Below are positions 24,620 to 40,400 of a DNA stretch of 64,000 nucleotides, piece by piece. This DNA is from Podarcis tiliguerta (taxonomy: Eukaryota), in NCBI GenBank assembly GCA_965153285.1, contig OZ229112.1, one strand, 5' to 3'. The position numbers and the translations under genes were made by a program. Positions within the stretch are counted from its first letter, which is position 1; each line of letters begins with the position of its first letter. The notes beneath the pieces are model-generated. The model was given only the letters and a program-made list of their open reading frames with translations. It had not been told where the DNA came from and did no database searches.

Positions 24620-24629
24620 CTACTTTGAC
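24620..24629 (-). CDS. NKAIN2: NKAIN2 terminal exon, coding part (10 nt): (M)SK-stop
   Basis: Minus strand reads ccatctctttcttttAG|G TCA AAG TAG. It completes AT|G = Met and gives the C-terminus ...QPMYMSK*, as in human NKAIN2. Confidence 0.94.
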
Positions 24630-28083
<3,454 letters not shown>

Positions 28084-31000
28084 TCATGCATATTACATTG
28101 GCTAACCTCCCCCGCCCTTAATAGTTTATTAAAATGGAAGTGATTGATTCTGGAGAATGCAAACAAAGTACAGAATCTACAGGGTAATGACTATATAGAG
28201 AGCAAGTTTTCATCAGCGTGCCAGTCACAGATTATAACAATTTATCTATATACCATTGCTCTTCTTGTTTATGAGCAGCCCACCTGACTGGAATGTATAA
28301 ATTACACATTTGTTGGAGGCTGTAAACCAATAATTTGCAGCCTCCATGTTTTAACTGGTTGTGATTATTGTGTCACATCAGTTTGCCACACTGGTTCTGT
28401 GAGCAACAGATGAAAGGAAATGGATCTATGCTCTTTGAAAAATTACCCCAGGTTTTACAAGGAACCTGTGAATTCCAGTAAGTGCTAAAGACAGCCTAGA
28501 TGGACATGGTCAGACCTTATATTTTCCAGGGAAGCAATTGCATTGTTTCTTTGTTCCAGTAGACTGCTTTGGAACCAGTGAATTTATATGCCATCTTCCT
28601 GATTTATTCTGTCAGGTACTCAAGGAAACCATCACTACTAACTACTTGTTAGTTTTAATGTTCTATGGCAATGAATTTCATAGCATAAAGTGATTCTTTT
28701 TTTGTTTCTAGTCAGTTGCTTTGGATGGCCTGAGTACTAGAATTCTGGGAGATTGTTCAGCAGAATGCTTAGGTTACTGAATTTGTCAATTACGCCACAA
28801 CAAGATCCCCAAAAGATTTACAAGATGAATAAAATACAGCAACATAGCAATAATATAAAAGCATAAACATATGAAAAACGTAGTGAGAATAAAAGCATCC
28901 CATCAAGGGCCCAGGAAAATAAGCAAATAAAAACATGTCTGGCACTGAAACAATGACCAAGTTGGGACCTGGTGGGCCTCTCTTGGGAAAGCATTTCATA
29001 ATTAGGGAGTTACCACTGAAAATATACGTTCTCTCACCGCCACCCTCCAGACCCCCCTTGAAGGCAGCATGCAGAGAAGGGCATCAAAAGTCAATCTCTG
29101 GGTCCAGGCAGGTTCATATGGGGAAAGGGGTGTGCAGTGCTTTGCGGGGGCGGGGGGGCATAAAAAATGGCATGATGGTTCTTGTATATTGACAAACATT
29201 CCATGGGTGCCAGCATAAAATAGATGCTATGGGCAGCAAGAAAAGTGGTGATACTCTGTATAGGTGAGTACCATCACAAAAGAAGCCTGGGGGTGGGCAT
29301 CTGTTTTAGGGTGTTGTAAGTCTGTAAAGACTTGAGCACAGAAGAGAGGTTCCAGAAGGACGGTTCGCAATGTATGCAAACCAGCAGTACAATGCAATCT
29401 TGTCCCCCCTTATTCATGACACACTCCTACTTAGCTTTGCTGAATCTGTGGTGGTGACCAGATTGATCTAAAAGTTGCTCGTGGCTTTATTATAGTCTCC
29501 AAACCCATGCCAATTGTTGTCCTTTCTACTGGGCATTTTATTTTGGCAGAACCTAAAAGGTCACTAAAAGTGTCATGCAGCTTCTAATGTCTGATAGTAT
29601 TGGCATGGGATTGAATAAATAAACCTTATTGACTGAATGACCACAGATGTTCTAATCCTAAACTGATTCATCAAACACACTGAAAAGTTGCTTTTGATCT
29701 TTTAAGAACATCACCACCAGTTAGGGTTCTTAACTATGTTTCTTCAGGAGCAAATCTGAAAGTGCAGAGGCATAATCCCATTGATGTGAAACATCAAAAG
29801 CTTACAGTCACTTCTTTCATGGAGGCATGATTTTAAAATTTCTTACAGACCCGTCATATGCATGATTATCTGGAAGTCACACTGGTAGTTTCCAGTGTGA
29901 TTTACTCCTCTATTTACAAGATTGCACAATTAGTTTATCAAAAAAACATGTAGATTATTCAGGCATGCTAATGCCTAAATAAGTTGCCTCTGTGTATATC
30001 TGTATTTATTCCTCCTCTGGAGATGGCAGCAGTGGTCAAAGTGCCTGTTCTGACATCACATTAGTATCTTTCGCAGACAGCAGATAAAGCAGAATGGGCT
30101 GGCAAGTGTCCACTGCAACCTTCTAGTTGGGGGATAAATAATTCACATCTGTTCCTTCAAGTCCAGTAGAAAGGGATAAAGTATTATTAGATTGCAATGG
30201 TAATTTATTTGTTGTAATAAATATTAATGCATCCACAGTGTCTTTAGAGAAATCATAATCCTGCTTCCTCAAAAGCCTGGAAAAACAGATTCATTTCTTT
30301 ACAAGGCTGCGTATTTGCCACCCAGTCCTGAGACAGATGGTGACAATGGTGAAAACATGAGTGAAATTGAGTTTATTGTTGAGGAGGCTGGTATTTGAGA
30401 TGTACCCACACATGCTAGAAATGACTGTGTCACAGGTCTTATTTTGGATATTTGCCAAATGGGCCTTAGTTAATGTACTTTACCACTAAAGAAAGTCAAA
30501 ATGAATCTTTGTGGTCTTTATCTGTACTTTGCAGATTGTTATGCTGGGAATCAGGATTTCTTTTGTATCGTGATGGAGACAAGGGTAGATTTGCACAACC
30601 ATCATGTAGCACTTGCGACTTATCTTGTGACAAATACTGCCTGGGTCTGATGAAAAGGCCTTGTTAGCTGATCTTTGATGTAAGTCTCAGATGATCAACC
30701 ATTATCTCATGGTTGGGACTGTTGCATTAAAAACATTGTTGCAAAAATCTACCATATTATTTTGTTGGCCCTAAATTCAATGCTAAAATAGGGCTCTAGA
30801 TCATAATCCTTCAACTGGTGCTTTTAAAGCTGGGATCACCAATGTGGTGCCTGTAAGCACAATACATCACCTGTGAAAGTTAGTGCTGCCTCCACTCACT
30901 GTGCCCTTATTTCCTGCCTCCCAAAGTACGTAGTGCTAAGGGAGGGAGACTGGAAGTGAAAAGCTACTTCCCACTTCCTCTTTCAGCTCTGATTGGAATG

Positions 31001-31128
31001 ACCAAGGTTGTAGGAGGAAAAGGTAACTGATCTGGGAGACTGTGGGGAGGCAGGCAGTGGCAGGGAGATAAAGCGAGATGTTGCAGGAGTCAGAGAAGAG
31101 AGAATGGCAGAGAAAAGTGATCAGTCAT

Positions 31129-31130
<2 letters not shown>

Positions 31131-31175
<45 letters not shown>

Positions 31176-31192
31176 TACACACACACATATAC
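31131..31192. repeat. Compound microsatellite (TC)n(CA)n
   Basis: Directly visible. Confidence 0.97.
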
Positions 31193-31778
31193 ATCAGATT
31201 CATCAAAACAGATTCCCTCCTCTTGGGGTCTCCACCATGCAAACCACTTATCTCTTGTTGGCTGAACCATAAAAATAATACATCTGGTGCTTTCCAACAC
31301 TGCCATGGTAAAAAAAAAAAATGGATCCAAAGCAAAAAAATCCATGCAGATCACCATAATTTTTAAGACTGATCCTCTCAGAACCATCTTTAAATCTGTG
31401 TCCATTCATGTGTCCTGTCATTTAGTGGCGGTTTTGTTGTCATCCTGTTTAAGAGCCCTGGATAATTCAGGAGGATCTGTGCTTTGGATAGATGCATTTG
31501 TGCCATAGCAACCCTGGAAAGCACTGTGATTTTTACTGTGCAGTCTACTAATTTAAGCATTTATTTGATGGTGTTAGGGTGGGGAGGTTGACTCAATGTA
31601 AAATCATGCAAAAGCAAGAGAATCTATTTTAATTCCACTTGATCGGTCTTTTTACTCAAACCCTTTTGAAAAAGCAAATGATGTAGGGTGTGTGTTTCCC
31701 TCTTTATGTCTGCCTCGGGAAGAGTGACCCAGGAATGGAAGAGAGAGACGTAACCAGAGGAGATGGTGTACATGGAAC

Positions 31779-32017
31779 CAGTGGCATGTGGTCAGTGGAC
31801 TAGGGGGACTAGGCTAGTCCCCTAACTGTTCCTGGTAAATTAGAGTATTAAATTATTAAAGGTGGCACCTTCTTCCCAAAGCCCAGGAAGCTTCTGCCTG
31901 GCTTAGAAAGGGAGGCACGATGCTCACACACACAACATCACCCTTCCCAATCGCCTTCATAAGCTGATACCTTTGGCCCTAACTGTTCCCCTACAAAAAA
32001 CTTTATGCATGCCAATG
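31779..32017. mobile_element. hAT-type MITE with 8-bp TSD (catggaac/catggcac)
   Basis: Termini cagtggcatg...catgccaatg (9/10 inverted match); TSD at 31771-31778 and 32018-32025 with one mismatch; internal hairpin ggggacta-ggc-tagtcccc. Confidence 0.75.
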
Positions 32018-32924
32018 CATGGCACACTCCCAATTGCTCCCACATGTCCCCAAAGGTTGGCAACTCCAGTACAAATGTCTTGAAGTCACCTAATGCAATT
32101 GCCACTGCTCACTTTCAAAACCACTGCACATACTGAGCAAACCCCCAACAATTGGTTTGCATTAATGCAAATGGGAACACACACACACACACCGAGGTTT
32201 GCTAAGCTGTTCCCTCCCCCCTGGTAGTAGCTTTCTTGGAGGAAACAAAACCACCTTCTAACCTTCGCAAATTTTTAGAAATAGTGTGCAGTGGCAGCAA
32301 CTGCTCAGCAAATCCTCCACTAAAGACATGGATCAGACCTATGCAACTTCACTAAAACATACCCTAAACTGGGTTTTGCTATCTGCAGGAGTGTTTGCAA
32401 AAGCTTTTTTTCACAAGGAATAGCAACTCCCCGGAAAAGAAGGGCTTTCATTAGCACAGGTTATAGATGTGGGGTTTTTACAGGCCTCACGAAGGGCAGC
32501 AGTGAGTCAGCTGGAAAAAAGCAGATGGGCAGACAGAAGGAAAGCAATATGGTGTAAAGCAACACAACCATCCATCTCATTTTCAACCAAGTAGTCAGCA
32601 TAGTAGCAAATGTTAACAGAACTGAAAGAAATCAGATGACTTGAATCATGCATCACCCATTCAGTGTGGAGGCTGCTAATCACTGCTTCCTCATGACAGC
32701 ATTGTGTATACTGGAATATGTGTTGAGTTTAGTGTGGGAGTCCCACCAACACAGACATGTAGCATTTCTGTGCTTGGCTTATCGCTGCTGTAAGTCCAAG
32801 TTCAAATAAGTCCCTATTGTGCAGAGGCCACCAGGCGGGAACCATATTTATGAACCTCTGCATGGGGGAAAGTAACGTATGACTTGGCCTTAAATATCCA
32901 TTTCTGCAAAATAATTTGGTTGTG

Positions 32925-33015
32925 GTGGCAATCCCATATCCAGTAACCTGGGAGGAAACCTACTTGAATGCAATGGGACTTACTTCTGACTAGATATGCA
33001 TAGGCGTGTATTCTA
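32925..33015. repeat. Short dispersed quasi-palindromic repeat; related copies near 34480, 42600, 43775, 46310 and 54775
   Basis: Shared core of the type acttac/…gtaagtcccattgaa…caatgggacttactt, with aatcc/ggatt-like ends. Confidence 0.6.
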
Positions 33016-36000
33016 AAATGATTAAAATGTTGCAGTGATGAGGGCAAGGTTGTATGATCAAGATTATCATGGGAATAGTCATATAAATGATTTTCTAGTA
33101 AAACTTTGATATGTTTAACAGACTGTGACTGAGGGCAGTTTCATTTAATTTTCCTTCAGAAACTCTGGATCAATAAAATGTAAATAAAATAACATCCGTA
33201 TCATAAAGGCCCTCCCCTTCTCTGAGATTTCCCTGAGCTTGGACTGTTTCCAAACTGGTGATATATTCAACACTTACAGCCCTGCAGAATACAGTGAGGA
33301 TTGTCCTGCCCATTTCTCCCTTTCCAGATATCAAATGTGAACACACACAGCTATTAAAAAGGTCAGATCAGAGAAGAGGGACAATGGAAGACTTGTTTCA
33401 CAGATGTAGATTCAATTCTTGAGTCTTCCTTCCCTAGTCATATAGTGGCCCAGAAGTCACACTTCAGACATAGTGGCACCATGAGAGGGACTATGAGGGG
33501 GAAGGGAAGAAAGCAAAAATAGCCAAACCAATCCATTGTCCTCACCACTGCCACAAATTTGATGCATTCTCCCTCCTCTTTACATCCACTAAGCAGACTC
33601 TGTCTATCAATATCCAGTGGAGTAATATGGCACAGTCACACAGGTGTGAAGGCTTCAGGGACCCCTCCCTAAAATAAGCTATGCTTTTACTTAGTGTCTT
33701 AGTGAGGCAACACTTAGAGGCAGTTTCAGAAAACATGCTTTTAGAATATATAGATAAATAAACAGAGAAATGCATACAAAACTGTTCTAAACTGTTTCTT
33801 ATGGGTTCAGCTTTTGGGTCCCTTTGTGGTCTTTTCCTGACTCCTTTCTGCTATAATGTCCCAATTGGGTTCTCTGATCCTTCGTCTTAATGTTTTGGTC
33901 CTTTCTCTCTCCTGCAACTCTTCCATTCTTTAACTTACTAGCTTTACAGTATTTTTGCTCTCAACCTTTTAGCCAATAGGAGGAGAGTCAAAGCTTGATT
34001 ATGTTTCTATTTCTCCTTAATTGCCAGGTTCATAGGCTGAAACTCTGACTCTCCTGTGCACATTAGTCTCTTGTGAACTTTCATTTTTTGTTTCTATTAA
34101 AACTACACAACGATACTTATAATTAGAATTTTAAAAAAGAAAAGGGGAAGTCTTAAATGTTTAGATTGAACTTTTGCCAAATCAGAGTCATGAAATGTCT
34201 GCAAAATTAGTGTACAAATTTTAACTGAAAAGGAGTTAATGAAAACAACCAAAAAACAAGAATCTATCAGTATATAGTAACCTTTTGACAATAGATGAAA
34301 TACTGTAGTAATTTAACCATCTTCACTGAACCTGATTTCAGAACAGTTTTTCCTTTCTCCTGTGAACTTTTGACTCTCCTATGTAGAAGAATGTCTAAAG
34401 CAAAAAGCAACCATTTTACAATCTAAAACCAAACTTAACCTTTATTTACACAAACCTTTGGAATAGTTGCCCCCCCCGCACACTTACTTGGAGTAAATCC
34501 CATTGAACCCGGGGACCTATTTCCAAATAAACATGCACAGGAATGGGCTGCACATCATGTAAACTTTCCTTTCTTGCACACTTATTCTTACTTTTGACTT
34601 AATAAATATGTTGATGTTGTTGTTGAAGTTTCACTTGACAGCAAGAGAGGGGAAAAAACTCCCACAAATATTTAAAATAAACTGGGCTTTACTGGGTTTC
34701 AAAAGATGAGGGAAACAAATCTTTCCAGTAGCATACATTGGCCTGTAACTCAAAAGTTACAGTAATTTCCTGACCAAAGAAATGTTACATGTGGGAAAAA
34801 ATATTTACAGCAATTAATAAGCAACTGCACATTTTGGTTTGGAAAGTCTGTTGGTTGCTTTTTGCCTTAGAGCCCATCAACATAGTACCTATTTTGGGGA
34901 TTACCATCAGCATACCCAAAAACCCACAGCAAACAATGCCTTTTGGGTCTCTATTTTTCCTTGCTACAGGTATGTTTAGTGCTGCAAAAGTCTACACAAA
35001 TTTTACCCAACACATAAATGCATGCAGAATCTACTGGTCTATGAACATGGAACTTTTTATAAATGCAAAGTATTGTTAACGGCCTGTAATAAAGACCTCC
35101 ATGAGGAAATATGATACATGCAAATATATATATTATTTTCCCTTCCTGAATCAAGTTTCAGTTGAGCTAGGATATTTCTAGGACAATTTCCACTATAATG
35201 CACCATTTTACACATGGGGCAATCTAAAACTGCCCCTGAAGGACTTTCAAACTGCCAAGATGCTTCAAATAGCCCAGAAAAATCTGCAGGTTCTTCCCAA
35301 TCAGTGTCATCTAGAGGAAATGCAAGCATGGTAGGATCATTGTGTCCCTAATGGAACAAATTGTTAGCAGGAAATTGCTGTAGGCTAGCTTATTACTGGA
35401 CAAGTAAAGAAGGGGGTTGGAGGAAAGAGAGAGCTACAACTGCTATAAATGGAGGAAAACTCCAGCAGGAGAAGGAGAATTCTGGGGACCAAAAGTGAGA
35501 CAGAATCTAAAGCAATTTCCCTATTGACTTGGCTGTAGAGGAGCCCTTGACAATCTCCCATGAAGCTGTTGTGTGCCACAGAGAACCCTGGGCTTTGTCC
35601 TTTGTCAATTCCTGCAGGGCACTGGTAAGCTCTGTTGAACTTCAGTGTTGCCCATATAAACTACAAGTGCTCTGGAAGACACCAAGCATCCCCCTAACTT
35701 CGCAGATCACAGGGCAAGATAAAGTCTGAACAGAGCCAGCTGTCCTTCAGGGAGGCTTGTCTACACTATTACTGATTTCACTGAGGAACCCTAGATACAC
35801 TTTCAAGAAGCCCCAGAGTCTCATGAAAGAAAGCAAACAAAAATAAAGCAGCCCATCAAATAAAAGCAAAATTAAAATCAAATGTATGAAAAAGTTGGAG
35901 ATATTATGGTCAAAGGGATACTTATTTTCATAATTACAATTCCTGCAATAAAATTAAGCAATCGATCAATGTTTTATAGCACAAATCAAATCGCTGTAGA

Positions 36001-37319
36001 AATACTGGAATAGAGGTTTGCAATTGATTGGAGAACTGCATTACACAATTCAGATAAGTGCACATTTCAAAGGAGAGCATAGAGAGAGTGTGTGTGTGTG
36101 AGTGTAAAAGAGAAGCTGGTCACTTTGAGGCATAGACCAGTTACGTAATACCTCTGTGCAATATTTTGGTAATGACCCCAAGCACGAATCTTTGTGCTGG
36201 AGGGCAAATGGAGGGCTCCTTCCGTCACCTGGCTGGTAGTGAGAAGGACAATAGCCAGTGTTGGTAAGAAGCAGGCTGCAGGCAGAAGCCTGAGAAGGGA
36301 GAGTAATGCTGGATTTCTGCTCTGATGATGACGGGAGAAGCAAGACCTTCTGCGGTGCTAATGCTGTGAGACCCTCCATTGTAGCCTCAGGTTATATATA
36401 TGTGTAAATAAGCCATGTATTATAAAGACATCACAGTCTTCACTGCCCCTCATTACAAGGACACTCAACCCTGGTGTAAGCACCTGGAACCCCGGGAATT
36501 GCACACCACTTGGAGATTGGGGTGGCAGACAACAATATATACATGCAAACATGTAGTCTATGCAAGCATTTTATCCTGTTCTGTCTACCAAAGAATCAGC
36601 TTATATAAAGTCAACAGAACAACATCAAAGACAATAAAAATACACATACAGGTCAAACATTTAAAAATTCCCCGCAAACAGAAGACATAAAATCCCTTCA
36701 AAAACACGCCGAACAAGCATGTCTCCTAGTGCCTGTGAAGTACTAGAAGGGTCAAACTAAGGCAAATATCAGAGGTGAGTTGATTCCACAGGGTAAGAAG
36801 CACTAGAGAAAAGGCCCTGCAAGGGTCCCCCCCCCAACCAAACTTCCTGAACAAAGGAGACTCTAAGAAAACATTCAAATTTTTAAAGGAATACATACTC
36901 TGGTTTGCTCCAGGGAGCCAGTAGGCCATTCTTCCTCCCATCATCGGGTATTCAGCTGTAAATTTTAGCAGGCCAAAACTCAGATGAGAGTTTGAGAGAA
37001 ATAGAATTTTGCTAGGCAGTGCATTTTTAAAGAAATATTTATTAAAGACCTGGATGCTGCTTTAGCTGCATTAGCCCATTAAGTTTTCAAAAGTTATTTT
37101 TGGGGGGTGGATGAAGGGTATGAGAAATAAAGCATTATGTAGTGGGAGATGCATAACTTTTTGTGGCCATGGGGATGTGGGCTTATATCACCCAGAAGAC
37201 TGGAATCCTAGATTTGCTGCCTAGGGCAGCTGCAATGTAATGCTACCCAAAGGTTAGCCACGGTTTAGCAGTCAGGAGCAGGTTATGGTACTGCACCCCC
37301 CCAGCTCTCTTCTTTTAGG

Positions 37320-37460
37320 CCGTATGAATTCTTTTTGCCTGCCTAAACCCTGGTTTGGCATTATATCTGACCTTTGCTGGCCATGGCTAAGGTTTCTTTG
37401 AAACCCTGGTTTGGAATCCCCAATACACTCCCAGCCTTTAAATCCCGGTTTGCATTTGGT
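37320..37460. repeat. Degenerate MITE-like repeat with internal aaaccctggtttg units; related copies near 26570-26740 and 47390-47560
   Basis: Three aaaccctggtttg-like units within 110 bp. Confidence 0.45.
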
Positions 37461-40400
37461 TATTGTTATGACAGTACCAGCTAGGAACAGTATGAGGAAT
37501 AACAGCAGAAATGACTGAGGCAAATTAATCAGGTTAAAGAAATCTCCCAGTTACTACAATCCTAAAACAATTATTATGTTATTAGCTTAATCTACAATTT
37601 TTAATTTTAAAGAGTTAGCTTGTAACATTTATTTCTTTCTAAAAGGTGTTTTTTTTATATAACTGCTCGTGACATTTGCCAACCATTCAAGGCTGCAGTT
37701 TATTTCTACTGAAGATTCCCCTGCCATTAAAAGATAGTCATTTTAAAAATTATTTCATGTAATAAGACTATATGACAGATGAAGAAGAAAAACATAAAAC
37801 ATAATAAAATTCATGGTGATCACAATCCCTCTTCGCTTATAGTGATCAGGAATTGATTTTATTAAACAGTATTCTGTTATGATGATGAGAAACCAATGCA
37901 AACGTTTCTTCCATCAAAGCACTACTATTATTTAGACATATTTGAAACACAGGCTTGGCAGCTCCCTTAGGAGATGGTGATGGATGTTCGGGGAGGGATG
38001 GACCAGGTAATAAGGGAAAAGGAAAATTAACATATAGGAAGGTAGTGACAGCACCACTTTCAGTGTGTGAATCTATTTATTAATATTTTTTCATAGCACA
38101 TCTATGTCTCTCAGGGATTTCCTTAACATCAACTTCATTAGTTAGGAAGGCAGCAATCCATAACCAATTTTCTTTTCATGTTGTGCTTGTTCACGTATTA
38201 AACCAGCCCCTTTGTTAAAAACATTTGCAATTAATCCCTCAAACAAAAGAAATGCAAATCTTACAGTCTCCCTAACCAAAACCCACCAACTCAAGGCCCT
38301 GATCGCCACCTATTATACACTAAAATGAATTGAAATTCCCACTTTGAGCCTAACCTAATTTTCTACTGATAATAGGCATGGATTCCCAGAAGCACTCCAT
38401 GCATCTTAATAGTAACATCCTAATTTCCTTTCCTGGTAAATGTTTTAAATAAGATTTTAGCACCAAAGGAAATTAACCTTTAAATTAATTGTAATTATAA
38501 AATGCCACCGCTGATTTTGTCTTCAGCCTAATTGCTTGCTATTATTTAAACCAGCTGCACCTCAGCTGAGCTTTAAGTTTAGGTTTCTCACAGTTACACC
38601 TTGTCAACAAATCAAGGTGTGTGCTTATGTCTGTGACCAGGCTGGTCTACTTGTGGCTCTGCAAACATTAGGATGGACAGAGCAATCTTAAGTCACAGGC
38701 TAGGTGGGTGCCTCTGCTGGCAGAAAGGTCTGCAGGTGTAACACCCACGCTTGCTAAGGAAGCCTCTGTTGTGCCCATGGAAAGCTCCATAGGCAAATAT
38801 CTACCACTGACAGCAGTTGGCATTCAGCACTCCTGAAACAGAGCACTCTGAGGTGAGGCAGGGGGATGAGGTAGAGGTAGCCCTGGATCCACTAGATCTC
38901 TGCTTCCCTCACAAGCATCTACTGTGAACTCGGGTTCAGGGACCATAGGGTCCAACAGCTTCCTGCTTCTCCTTGCTCTCCTGGCACTTCCAGGCAGTCA
39001 CCATTTTCAGGTGGCATGCATACACATGCCAGCAAATTCAGGCTGCACAACTTGAGCTGATTGGGAGGTCTTGTGCAATGAACCCGCTTACCCAAATGAT
39101 GGCTTTTTGCAATAAGGAAAGTGATATACTGGACAGTGTGTCATAACACTTGCTTTCACGCAGTGTCATCTAATCCACCCTTCAAAGATTTATGAGCATT
39201 TGTGAACACCAAAAGCCACCTAATCTACCTGCAAGCAAATCAGAATGAATGCTTGATAAATAGCTTATCTGGAAGCGCCCTTACTCCCACCCCCATTCCA
39301 TGCAGATGAGACCTACCCCATAACTAGCAGCGGTGACTGGGATGCTCCTGAATGTTTCTCCATGGGGTTGTTAACCTACTTGTTTTAGTCAGGTTCCTGT
39401 ATTCTTGTAGATGCCATAGGGGACATGAAACCTGCTACCCTTGCTGTATGTTGAGGCACTGTCCAAGACATAGGGGACCTGTGGGAGTGCTAACTCCACA
39501 TATATCCTTTCTGCTTTCTGGATCCTCCATCTGAGCACAATGAAGTTGCTACTCTCTCTCCTGCCTTCTGTTACTAGGCACCCCTATGCCAGACTGGCAT
39601 GGGACTGTAAGGCTTGATGGGCTAGGGGCAATGACTCTCTTCCGTCTTTGCTCAGTCAGACACATGGACAGCGAGGGAGCAGGCATATCAGGGAGCACAA
39701 GTGGAATGAAGGCTGCTGTGAGGGTGCTGTGAGTTGAGGATGTGGGAGAAAATGGAGATGGGTTATGTTACCTGCTGGGATCCTACCTAGTTGTGTCAGC
39801 CTATTAGGCAAGATATCAGGGCAGGTTTCCATTGGTCACATGGGCTACCAGGAATGGACCAAAAGGGGTGGGCATTGGTCCGTGTGGTGTTCCAATGGGC
39901 TCAGGTGTGTCTGGGGTTTGGTGTTATACCTTGGCTTTGAACCATGTATTCCCTGCATTGAAACCATGGCCTATTCTATCCAACCAGGGCTCATCTTGCA
40001 GCTTCTGCACTCCTGGGGTTGAGGCTGACGGCAGCAGAAAGATAGGATACTCTAGGAGGTGTCTGATGCCTGCTGCTGTGGCTGAGTTGTTAGGGAGCTG
40101 TTCTGTGGAGCCTGCAGTGTAAGTTTGAGGCACCATGACATTTTTTTAAAGCCATGCATGCAAGAGAAGACTTGAGCCATATTTTCCCTTCTCCCTTGCT
40201 GGGGCTTGAACTCTCCTGCTTCCCAACCCTGGGACCTATAGAGTGAGCCACTGAAGGCCGTGTGTGTTGTGCTCATAAAAAAAAGTAAATGAGAGGAACA
40301 TAAGTTGATTTGAACCTTGTCTATAGAGATGGGAGATTGTCTAGCAGTAGCAGGGTCATTGCTGGCTAAGCCACTGGGGCTGATGGTTGCTTCAGCATCA

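Noticed and set aside
24584-24622. Stop-codon readthrough of NKAIN2
   Set aside because: The TAG-A context is not a known leaky motif, and another TAG follows 12 codons later.
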